Translations under genes and position numbers: made by a program | Source: Utricularia gibba | Taxonomy: Eukaryota; Plantae; Magnoliophyta | Length of the DNA: 39,595 nt | Assembly (NCBI GenBank): GCA_002189035.1 | Contig: NEEC01000121.1 | Span: forward strand, 1 to 39,595 | Direction of reading: 5' to 3' | Notes under the pieces: model-generated | Seen by the model: only the letters and a program-made list of their open reading frames with translations | Databases searched by the model: none | Told to the model about the DNA's origin: nothing | Part shown: piece after piece, positions 13,601 to 26,400 of the stretch | How the letters are laid out: each line of letters starts with the position of its first letter | How positions within the stretch are numbered: position 1 is the first letter of the stretch

Positions 13601-16600
13601 CTCGTCGATATCTTGCAAACCGTAGTGAGTCACGCTTTGCTTGATATAGCGTTACGAAGCTCGCTCCGAGCCGGTCGAATTTCGTGTTCAAAGTTTCTCC
13701 ATCCGACGAACCGTTACAGCTCGTATTTTTGCCTGATAATAGCCCACACTTGTGCCACAAAGTGGCCACCACGTACGCGACAATGCGACTGAGGACACCG
13801 CAATCGACGCGAATGTCATTTCATGCATGCAAAACAAATGCATTTCATTCGACGATGTTAAATTTCGGATTTCGAGGCGATCCGTTACAGTGCCTCAGGT
13901 GCGGTCCAACCCACACCTCATGATGGCCTCGTGCACTGCTTGGTATCTCGTCGATATCTTGCAAACCGTAGTGAGTCACGCTTTGCTTGATATAGCGTTT
14001 CGAAGCTCGCTCCGAGCCGGTCGAATTTCGTGTTCAAAGTTTCTCCATCCGACGAACCGTTACAGCTCGTATTTTTGCCTGATAATAGCCCACACTTGTG
14101 CCACAAAGTGGCCACCACGTACGCGACAATGCGACTGAGGACACCGCAATCGACGCGAATGTCATTTCATGCATGCAAAACAAATGCATTTCATTCGACG
14201 ATGTTAAATTTCGGATTTCGAGGCGATCCGTTACAGTGCCTCAGGTGGTCCAACCCACACCTCATGATGGCCTCGTGCACTGTTTGGTATCGTCGATATT
14301 TGCAAACCGTAGTGAGTCAATATAGCGTTTCGCTCCGATCGAATTTCGTGTTCAAAGTTTCTCCATCCGACGAACCGTTACAGCTCGTATTTTTGCCTGA
14401 TAATAGCCCACACTTGTGCCACAAAGTGGCCACCACGTACGCGACAATGCGACTGAGGACACCGCAATCGACGCGAATGTCATTTCATGCATGCAAAACA
14501 AATGCATTTCATTCGACGATGTTAAATTTCGGATTTCGAGGCGATCCGTTACAGTGCCTCAGGTGCGGTCCAGCCTCGTGCACTTTGGTATCTCGTCGAT
14601 ATCTTGCAAACCGTAGTGAGTCACGCTTTGCTTGATATAGCGTTTCGAAGCTCGCTCCGAGCCGGTCGAATTTCGTGTTCAAAGTTTCTCCATCCGACGA
14701 ACCGTTACAGCTCGTATTTTTGCCTGATAATAGCCCACACTTGTGCCACAAAGTGGCCACCACGTACGCGACAATGCGACTGAGGACACCGCAATCGACG
14801 CGAATGTCATTTCATGCATGCAAAACAAATGCATTTCATTCGACGATGTTAAATTTCGGATTTCGAGGCGATCCGTTACAGTGCCTCATGATGGCCTCGT
14901 GCAAGACACCGTCAATATAGCGTTACGAAGCTCGCTCCGTCGAATTTCGTGTTCAAAGTTTCTCCATCCGACGAACCGTTACAGCTCGTATTTTTGCCTG
15001 ATAATAGCCCACACTTGTGCCACAAAGTGGCCACCACGTACGCGACAATGCGACTGAGGACACCGCAATCGACGCGAATGTCATTTCATGCATGCAAAAC
15101 AAATGCATTTCATTCGACGATGTTAAATTTCGGATTTCGAGGCGATCCGTTACAGTGCCTCATCACCTCGTTCGGCCTCGCTCCATGGTCGAATACTGTC
15201 CGACGCCGTTGTTTTTGCATTGCCTGCATTTCATTCGACGATGTTAGCGAGGCGATCCGTTACAGTGCCTTGTGAAAAGTCAACATCGATCGACAATGAC
15301 GACCGTTACAGCTCGTATTTTTGCCTGATAATAGCCCACACTTGTGCCACAAAGTGGCCACCACGTACGCGACAATGCGACTGAGGACACCGCAATCGAC
15401 GCGAATGTCATTTCATGCATGCAAAACAAATGCATTTCATTCGACGATGTTAAATTTCGGATTTCGAGGCGATCCGTTACAGTGCCTCGGGTGGTCCAAC
15501 CACACCTCATGATGGCCTCGGCACCACTGTCGATATCTTGTGCGTATATTTCACGCTGTGCTTGAGGCGTTTCAAGATATAGCTTTCGAAGCTCGCTCCA
15601 AATCGAATTTCGTGTTCAAAGTTTCTCCATCCGACGAACCGTTACAGCTCGTATTTTTGCCTGATAATAGCCCACACTTGTGCCACAAAGTGGCCACCAC
15701 GTACGCGACAATGCGACTGAGGACACCGCAATCGACGCGAATGTCATTTCATGCATGCAAAACAAATGCATTTCATTCGACGATGTTAAATTTCGGATTT
15801 CGAGGCGATCCGTTACAGTGCCTCAGGTGGGTCCAACCCACCCTCATGATGGCTCGTGCACTGCTTGGTATCTCGTCGATATCTTGCAAACCGTAGTGAG
15901 TCACGCTTTGCTTGATATAGCGTTACGAAGCTCGCTCCGAGCCGGTCGAATTTCGTGTTCAAAGTTAATCCGACGAACCGTTGCTCGTACACTGATAATA
16001 GCCCACACTTGTGCCACAAAGTGGCCACCACGTACGCGACAATGCGACTGAGGACACCGCAATCGACGCGAATGTCATTTCATGCATGCAAAACAAATGC
16101 ATTTCATTCGACGATGTTAAATTTCGGATTTCGAGGCGATCCGTTACAGTGCCTCAGGTGGGTCCAACCCACACCTCATGATGGCCTCGTGCACTGCTTG
16201 GTCTCGTCGATATCTTGCAAACCGTAGTGAGTCACGCTTTGCTTGATATAGCGTTACGAAGCTTTCGACTTTCGAGCCGGTCGAACGTTGCGACTCGTGT
16301 GTCAAATGTTTCATCCATCCGAACACCGTTGCTCGTATTTTTGCCTGATAATAGCCCACACTTGTGCCACAAAGTGGCCACCACGTACGCGACAATGCGA
16401 CTGAGGACACCGCAATCGACGCGAATGTCATTTCATGCATGCAAAACAAATGCATTTCATTCGACGATGTTAAATTTCGGATTTCGAGGCGATCCGTTAC
16501 AGTGCCTCAGGTCGCGCCAACCCACACCTCATATTGCCTCGTGCACTGCGTGTTACTGCGACTTCGATGTCATTTCATGCATGCAAAACAAATGCGTAGT

Positions 16601-19600
16601 GTCAAATTGCGAATTTCGAGGCTCCCCGACCGGTCGAATTTCGTGTTCAAAGTTTCTCCATCCGACGAACCGTTACAGCTCGTATTTTTGCCTGATAATA
16701 GCCCACACTTGTGCCACAAAGTGGCCACCACGTACGCGACAATGCGACTGAGGACACCGCAATCGACGCGAATGTCATTTCATGCATGCAAAACAAATGC
16801 ATGACGATGTTCGGATTTCGAGGCGATCCGTTACAGTGCATCTTGCAAACCGCACCTATGATTTCGTGCACGTTTGTCCATCTCGTCGATTCTTGCAAAA
16901 CGTAGCGAGTCACGCTTTGCTTGAATAGCGTAGTTCACGAATAGCACGCTCCGAGCCGGTCGAATTTCGTGTTCAAAGTTTCTCCATCCGACGAACCGTT
17001 ACAGCTCGTATTTTTGCCTGATAATAGCCCACACTTGTGCCACAAAGTGGCCACCACGTACGCGACAATGCGACTGAGGACACCGCAATCGACGCGAATG
17101 TCATTTCATGCATGCAAAACAAATGCATTTCATTCGACGATGTTAAATTTCGGATTTCGAGGCGATCCGTTACAGTGCCTCAGGTGCGGTCCAACCCACA
17201 CCTCATGATGGCCTCGTGCACTGTTGGTATCTCGTCGATATCTTGCAAACCGTAGTGAGTCACGCTTTGCTTGATATAGCGTTACGAAGCTCGCTCCGAG
17301 CCGGTCGAATTTCGTGTTCAAAGTTTCTCCATCCGACGAACCGTTACAGCTCGTATTTTTGCCTGATAATAGCCCACACTTGTGCCACAAAGTGGCCACC
17401 ACGTACGCGACAATGCGACTGAGGACGACCGCAATCGCAAATGTCATTTCATGCATGCAAAACAAATGCATTTCATTCGACGATTGCGACTGAGGAATTT
17501 CGGGCATTTCGAGGCGATTTCCGATTACAGTGCCTCGGTGTCGTGGTCCAACCCACACGCTCATGATCGGCCTCGTGCACTGTTTCGGTATCTCGTCGAT
17601 TTTGCAAATGTGCGTGTTAGTTTCGAGGCGATCTTACAGTGCTTGATATAGCGTTTCGAAGCTCACGCTCCGTTTCGAGCCGGTCGAATTTCGTGTTCAA
17701 AGTTTCTCATCCGACGAACCGTTACAGCTCGTATTTTTGCCTGATAATAGCCCACACTTGTGCCACAAAGTGGCCACCACGTACGCGACAATGCGACTGA
17801 GGACACCGCAATCGACGCGAATGTCATTTCATGCATGCAAAACAAATGCATTTCATTCGACGATGTTAAATTTCGGATTTCGAGGCGATCCGTTACAGTG
17901 CCTCAGGTTGGTCCAATCACACCTCATGATGGCCTCGTGCACTGTTGGTATCGTACGCACGACGTTAAAGCTCGCTCCGAGCCGGTCGAATTTCGTGTTC
18001 AAAGTTTCTCCATCCGACGAACCGTTACAGCTCGTATTTTTGCCTGATAATAGCCCACACTTGTGCCACAAAGTGGCCACCACGTACGCGACAATGCGAC
18101 TGAGGACACCGCAATCGACGCGAATGTCATTTCATGCATGCAAAACAAATGCATTTCATTCGACGATGTTAAATTTCGGATTTCGAGGCGATCCGTTACA
18201 GTGCCTCAGGTGCGGTCCAACCCACACCTCATGATGCCTCGTGCACTGTTTGGTATCTCGTCGATATCTTGCAAACCGTAGTGAGTCACGCTTTGCTTGA
18301 TATAGCGTTTCGAAGCTCGCTCCGAGCCGGTCGAATTTCGTGTTCAAAGTTTCTCCATCCGACGAACCGTTACAGCTCGTATTTTTGCCTGATAATAGCC
18401 CACACTTGTGCCACAAAGTGGCCACCACGTACGCGACAATGCGACTGAGGACACCACACCGCGAATATTTCATGCATGCAGTTTCATATCGCTGTTAAAT
18501 TTCGGATTTCTCCGTGATATAGCGTTATCTCGTCGATATCTTGCAAACCGTCGCTCCGAGCCGGTCGAAAGTTTCTCCATCCGTGTTATTTTTGCAAAGT
18601 TTCTCCACCACGTACGCGACAATGCGAACCCGTTGTCACAGCATGCGCATTTCATTTTTGGATTTCGAGGCGATCCGTTACAGTGCCTCAGGTGGTCCAA
18701 CACACCTCATGATGGCCTCGTGCAATCTCGTCGATATCTTGCAAACCGTAGTGAGTCACGCTTTGCTTGATATAGCGTCGAAGCTCGCTCCGAGCCGGTC
18801 GAATTTCGTGTTCAAAGTTTCTCATCCGACGAACCGTTACAGCTCGTATTTTTGCCTGATAATAGCCCACACTTGTGCCACAAAGTGGCCACCACGTACG
18901 CGACAATGCGACTGAGGACACCAAATCGACGCGAATGTCATTTCATGCATGCAAAACAATGCATTTCATTCGACGATGTTAAATTTCGGATTTCGAGGCG
19001 ATCCGTTACAGTGCCTCAGGTGCGGTCCAACCACACCTCATGATGGCCTCGTGCACTGTTTGGTATCTCGTCGATATCTTGCAAACCGTAGTGAGTCACG
19101 CTTTGCTTGATATAGCCGAAGCTCGCTCCGAGCCGGTCGAATTTCGTGTTCAAAGTTTCTCCATCCGACGAACCGTTACAGCTCGTATTTTTGCCTGATA
19201 ATAGCCCACACTTGTGCCACAAAGTGGCCACCACGTACGCGACAATGCGACTGAGGACACCGCAATCGACGCGAATGTCATTTCATGCATGCAAAACAAA
19301 TGCATTTCATTCGACGATGTTAAATTTCGGATTTCGAGGCGATCCGTTACAGTGCCTCGGTGCGGTCCAACCCACACCTCATGATGGCCTCGTGCACTGT
19401 TGGTATCTCGTCGATATCTTGCAAACCGTAGTGAGTCACGCTTTGCTTGATATAGCGTTACGAAGCTCGCTCCGAGCCGGTCGAATTTCGTGTTCAAAGT
19501 TTCTCCATCCGACGAACCGTTACAGCTCGTATTTTTGCCTGATAATAGCCCACACTTGTGCCACAAAGTGGCCACCACGTACGCGACAATGCGACTGAGG

Positions 19601-20400
19601 ACACAATCGACGCGAATGTCATTTCATGCATGCAATGCATTTCATTCGACGATGTTAAATTTCGGATTTCGAGGCGATCCGTTACAGTGCCTCAGGTGCG
19701 GTCCAACCCACACTCATGATGGCCTCGTGCATTTGGTATCTCGTCGATATCTTGCAAACCGTAGTGAGTCACGCTTTGCTTGATATAGCGTTACGAAGCT
19801 CGCTCCGAGCCGGTCGAATTTCGTGTTCAAAGTTTCTCCATCCGACGAACCGTTACAGCTCGTATTTTTGCCTGATAATAGCCCACACTTGTCCCACAAA
19901 GTGGCCCACGTACGCGACAATGCGACTGAGGACACGCAATCGACGCGAATGTCATTTCATGCATGCAAAAAAATGCATTTCATTCGACGATGTTAAATTT
20001 CGGATTTCGAGGCGATCCGTTACAGTGCCTCAGGTGCCTCATGATGCACTGCTTGGTATCTCGTCGATATCTTGCAAACCGTAGTGAGTCACGCTTTGCT
20101 TGATATAGCGTTACGAAGCTCGCTCCGAGCCGGTCGAATTTCGTGTTCAAAGTTTCTCCATCCGACGAACCGTTACAGCTCGTATTTTTGCCTGATAATA
20201 GCCCACACTTGTGCCACCAAACAATGCGACTGGGACCAATCGACAATGTCGCATGCACAAATGCATTTCTCCATCCGACGAACCGTTACCGCTCGTAATC
20301 GACTGCATAATGCCCACACTGCATGCCACATCCGACGAGTGGTATTTTTGCCTGACCCACACTTGTACGTGGCCACCACGTACGCGACAATGCGACTGAG
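4640..20400. other. Zone where clean monomers are interspersed with scrambled or truncated monomer patches (probable assembly or basecall artefacts)
   Basis: Patches such as 8090-8170, 9355-9470, 15160-15300, 16510-16630, 17420-17680, 18450-18660 and 20215-20370 consist largely of short words of the monomer in shuffled order. After ~20.4 kb I see mainly short indels and substitutions. Confidence 0.65.
6888..7230 (+). repeat. Variant ('B-type') monomer with linked differences
   Basis: Carries ctcGggtgTggtcc (7031-7043), actgTttgg (7071-7079), cttgAaacc (7094-7102), cgttTcgaag (7131-7140) and aaagtttcca (7171-7180). Overlapping combinations recur at ~31860, 32530, 33210, 34240, 35930 and 39240. 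Confidence 0.7.
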
Positions 20401-23400
20401 GACACCGCAATCGACGCGAATGTCATTTCATGCATGCAAAACAATGCATTTCATTCGACGATGTTAAATTTCGGATTTCGAGGCGATCCGTTACAGTGCC
20501 TCAGGTGCGGTCCAACCCACACCTCATGATGGCCTCGTGCACTGCTTTGGTATCTCGTCGATATCTTGAAACCGTAGTGAGTCACGCTTTGCTTGATATA
20601 GCGTTACGAAGCTCGCTCCGAGCCGGTCGAATTTCGTGTTCAAAGTTTCTCCATCCGACGAACCGTTACAGCTCGTATTTTTGCCTGATAATAGCCCACA
20701 CTTGTGCCAAAGTGGCCACCACGTACGCGACAATGCGACTGAGGACACCGCAATCGACGCGAATGTCATTTCATGCATGCAAAAAAATGCATTTCATTCG
20801 ACGATGTTAAATTTCGGATTTCGAGGCGATCCGTTACAGTGCCTCGGTGCGGTCCAACCCACACCTCATGATGGCCTCGTGCACTTTGGTATCTCGTCGA
20901 TATCTTGCAAACCGTGAGTCACGCTTTGCTTGATATAGCGTTTCGAAGCTCGCTCCGAGCCGGTCGAATTTCGTGTTCAAAGTTTCTCCATCCGACGAAC
21001 CGTTACAGCTCGTATTTTTGCCTGATAATAGCCCACACTTGTGCCACAAAGTGGCCACCACGTACGCGACAATGCGACTGAGGACACCGCAATCGACGCG
21101 AATGTCATTTCATGCATGCAAAACAAATGCATTTCATTCGACGATGTTAAATTTCGGATTTCGAGCGATCCGTTACAGTGCCTCAGGTGCGGTCCAACCC
21201 ACACCTCATGATGGCCTCGTGCACTGCTTGGTATCTCGTCGATATCTTAGTGAGTCACGTTTGCTTGATATAGCGTTACGAAGCTCGCTCCGAGCCGGTC
21301 GAATTTCGTGTTCAAAGTTTCTCCATCCGACGAACCGTTACAGCTCGTATTTTTGCCTGATAATAGCCCACACTTGTGCCACAAAGTGGCCACCACGTAC
21401 GCGACAATGCGACTGAGGACACCGCAATCGACGCGAATGTCATTTCATGCATGCAAAACAAATGCATTTCATTGACGATGTTAAATTTCGGATTTCGAGG
21501 CGATCCGTTACAGTGCCTCGGTGCGGTCCAACCCACACCTCATGATGGCCTCGTGCATTGTTGGTATCTCGTCGATATCTTGCAAACCGTAGTGAGTCAC
21601 GCTTTGCTTGATATATAGCGTTACGAAGCTCGCTCCGAGCCGGTCGAATTTCGTGTTCAAAGTTTCTCCATCCGACGAACCGTTACAGCTCGTATTTTTG
21701 CCTGATAATAGCCCACACTTGTCCCAAAGTGGCCACCACGTACGCGACAATGCGACTGAGGACACCGCAATCGACGCGAATGTCATTTCATGCATGCAAA
21801 ACAAATGCATTTCATTCGACGATGTTAAATTTCGGATTTCGAGGCGATCCGTTACAGTGCCTCGGGTGGGTCCAACCCACACCTCATGATGGCCTCGTGC
21901 ACGCGTCGATATCTTGAAAACCGTAGTGAGTCACGCTTGCTTGATATAGCGAAGCTCGCTCCAGCCGGTCGAATTTCGTGTTCAAAGTTTCTCCATCCGA
22001 CGAACCGTTACAGCTCGTATTTTTGCCTGATAATAGCCCACACTTGTGCACAAAGTGGCCACCACGTACGCGACAATGCGACTGAGGACACCGCAATCGA
22101 CGCGAATGTCATTTCATGCATGCAAAACAAATGCATTTCATTCGACGATGTTAAATTTCGGATTTCGAGGCGATCCGTTACAGTGCCTCAGGTGCGGTCC
22201 AACCCACACCTCATGATGCCTCGTGCACTGTTGGTATCTCGTCGATATCTTGCAAACCGTAGTGAGTCACGCTTTGCTTGATATAGCGTTACGAAGCTCG
22301 CTCCGAGCCGGTCGAATTTCGTGTTCAAAGTTTCTCCATCCGACGAACCGTTACAGCTCGTATTTTTGCCTGATAATAGCCCACACTTGTGCCACAAAGT
22401 GGCCACCACGTACGCGACAATGCGACTGAGGACACCGCAATCGACGCGAATGTCATTTCATGCATGCAAAACAAATGCATTTCATTCGACGATGTTAAAT
22501 TTCGGATTTCGAGGCGATCCGTTACAGTGCAACCACACCTCATGATGGCCTCGTGCAATCTCGTCGATCTCGTCGATATCTTGAAACCGTAGTGAGTGCT
22601 TGATATAGCGTTTCGAAGCTCGCTCCGAGCCGGTCGAATTTCGTGTTCAAAGTTTCTCCATCGACGAACCGTTACAGCTCGTATTTTTGCCTGATAATAG
22701 CCCACACTTGTGCCACAAAGTGGCCACCACGTACGCGACAATGCGACTGAGGACACCGCAATCGACGCGAATGTCATTTCATGCATGCAAAACAAATGCA
22801 TTTCATTGACGATGTTAAATTTCGGATTTCGAGGCGATCCGTTACAGTGCCTGGTCCAACAACTCATGATGGCCTCGTGCAGTATCTCGTCGATATCTTG
22901 CAAACCGTAGTGAGTCACGCTTTGCTTGATATAGCGTTCGAAGCTCGCTCCGAGCCGGTCGAATTTCGTGTTCAAAGTTTCCATCCGACGAACCGTTACA
23001 GCTCGTATTTTTGCCTGATAATAGCCCACACTTGTGCCACAAAGTGGCCACCACGTACGCGACAATGCGACTGAGGGCAATCGACGCGAATGTCATTTCA
23101 TGCATGCAAATGCATTTCATTGGACGATGTTAAATTTCGGATTTCGAGGCGATCCGTTACAGTGCCTCGGTCCAACCCACACCTCATGATGGCCTCGTGC
23201 AATCTCGTCGATATCTTGCAAACCGTAGTGAGTCACGCTTTGCTTGATATAGCGTTTCGAAGCTCGCTCCGAGCCGGTCGAATTTCGTGTTCAAAGTTTC
23301 TCCATCCGACGAACCGTTACAGCTCGTATTTTTGCCTGATAATAGCCCACACTTGTCCCACAAAGTGGCCACCACGTACGCGACAATGCGACTGAGGACA

Positions 23401-26400
23401 CCGCAATCGACGCGAATGTCATTTCATGCATGCAAAACAAATGCATTTCATTCGACGATGTTAAATTTCGGATTTCGAGGCGATCCGTTACAGTGCCTCC
23501 GGTCCAACCCACCCTCATGATGGCCTCGTGCACTTGGTATCTCGTCGATATCTTGCAAACCGTAGTGAGTCACGCTTTGCTTGATATAGCGCGAAGCTCG
23601 CTCCGAGCCGGTCGAATTTCGTGTTCAAAGTTTCTCCATCCGACGAACCGTTACAGCTCGTATTTTTGCCTGATAATAGCCCACACTTGTGCCACAAAGG
23701 CCACCACGTACGCGACAATGCGACTTGCAATCGACGCGAATGTCATTTCATGCATGCAAAAAAATGCATTTCATTCGACGATGTTAAATTTCGGATTTCG
23801 AGGCGATCCTTACAGTGCCTTGTCCAACCCACACCTCATGATGGCCTCGTGCATTGGTTCGTCGATATCTTGCAAACCGTAGTGAGTCACGCTTTGCTTG
23901 ATATAGCGTTTCGAAGCTCGCTCCGAGCCGGGAATTTCGTGTTCAAAGTTTCTCCATCCGACGAACCGTTACAGCTCGTATTTTTGCCTGATAATAGCCC
24001 ACACTTGTCCACAAAGTGGCCACCACGTACGCGACAATGCGACTGAGGACACCACAATCGACGCGAATGTCATTTCATGCATGCAAAACTAATGCATTTC
24101 ATTCGACGATGTTAAATTTCGGATTTCGAGGCGATCCGTTACAGTGCCTCGTGGTCCAACCCACACCTCATGATGGCCTCGTGCGTCTCGTCGATATCTT
24201 GCAAACCGTAGTGAGTCACGCTTTGCTTGATATAGCGTTCGAAGCTCGCTCCGAGCCGGTCGAATTCGTGTTCAAAGTTTCTCCATCCGACGAACCGTTA
24301 CAGCTCGTATTTTTGCCTGATAATAGCCCACACTTGTGCCACAAAGTGGCCACCACGTACGCGACAATGCGACTGCAATCGACGCGAATGTCATTTCATG
24401 CATGCAAAACAAATGCATTTCATTGACGATGTTAAATTTCGGATTTCGAGGCGATCCGTTACAGTGCCTCAGGTGCGGTCCAACCACACCTCATGATGGC
24501 ATGCACTGCTTGGTATCTCGTCGATATCTTGCAAACCGTAGTGAGTCACGCTTTGCTTGATATAGCGTTTCGAAGCTCGCTCCGAGCCGGTCGAATTTCG
24601 TGTTCAAAGTTTCTCCATCCGACGAACCGTTACAGCTCGTATTTTTGCCTGATAATAGCCCACACTTGTGCCACAAAGTGGCCACCACGTACGCGACAAT
24701 GCGACTGAGGACACCGCAATCGACGCGAATGTCATTTCATGCATGCAAAACAAATGCATTTCATTCGACGATGTTAAATTTCGGATTTCGAGGCGATCCG
24801 TTACAGTGCCTCAGGTGGTCCAACCCACACCTCATGATGGCCTCGTGCACTGCTTGGTATCTCGTCGATATCTTGCAAACCGTAGTGAGTCACGCTTTGC
24901 TTGATATAGCGTTACGAAGCTCGCTCCGAGCCGGTCGAATTTCGTGTTCAAAGTTTCTCCATCCGACGAACCGTTACAGCTCGTATTTTTGCCTGATAAT
25001 AGCCCACACTTGTGCCACAAAGTGGCCACCACGTACGCGACAATGCGACTGAGGACACCGCAATCGACGCGAATGTCATTTCATGCATGCAAAACAAATG
25101 CATTTCATTCGACGATGTTAAATTTCGGATTTCGAGGCGATCCGTTACAGTGCCTCGTCCAACCCACACCTCATGATGGCCTCGTGCAGTTTGGTATCTC
25201 GTCGATATCTTGCAAACCGTAGTGAGTCACGCTTGCTTGATATAGCGTTTCGAAGCTCGCTCCGAGCCGGTCGAATTTTGTGTTCAAAGTTTCTCCATCC
25301 GACGAACCGTTACAGCTCGTATTTTTGCCTGATAATAGCCCACACTTGTGCCACAAAGTGGCCACCACGTACGCGACAATGCGACTGAGGACACCACAAT
25401 CGACGCGAATGTCATTTCATGCATGCAAAACAAATGCATTTCATTCGACGATGTTAAATTTCGGATTTCGAGGCGATCCGTTACAGTGCCGTCCAACCCA
25501 CACCTCATGACTCGTGCTTGGTATCTCGTCGATATCTTGCAAACCGTAGTGAGTCACGCTTTGCTTGATATAGCGTTACGAAGCTCGCTCCGAGCCGGTC
25601 GAATTTCGTGTTCAAAGTTTCCATCCGACGAACCGTTACAGCTCGTATTTTTGCCTGATAATAGCCCACACTTGTGCCACAAAGTGGCCACCACGTACGC
25701 GACAATGCGACTGAGGACACCGCAATCGACGCGAATGTCATTTCATGCATGCAAAAAAATGCATTTCATTCGACGATGTTAAATTTCGGATTTCGAGGCG
25801 ATCCGTTACAGTGCCTCGTCCAACCCACACCTCATGATGGCCTCGTGCATGGTATCTCGTCGATATCTTGCAAACCGTAGTGAGTCACGCTTTGCTTGAT
25901 ATAGCGTTCGAAGCTCGCTCCGAGCCGGTCGAATTTCGTGTTCAAAGTTTCTCCATCCGACGAACCGTTACAGCTCGTATTTTTGCCTGATAATAGCCCA
26001 CACTTGTCCACAAAGTGGCCACCACGTACGCGACAATGCGACTGAGGACACCGCAATCGACGCGAATGTCATTTCATGCATGCAAAACAAATGCATTTCA
26101 TTCGACGATGTTAAATTTCGGATTTCGAGGCGATCCGTTACAGTGCCTCAGGTGCGGTCCAACCCACACCTCATGATGGCCTCGTGCACTGCTTGGTATC
26201 TCGTCGATATCTTGCAAACCGTAGTGAGTCACGCTTTGCTTGATATAGCGTTTCGAAGCTCGCTCCGAGCCGGTCGAATTTCGTGTTCAAAGTTTCTCCA
26301 TCCGACGAACCGTTACAGCTCGTATTTTTGCCTGATAATAGCCCACACTTGTGCACAAAGTGGCCACCACGTACGCGACAATGCGACTGAGGACACCGCA

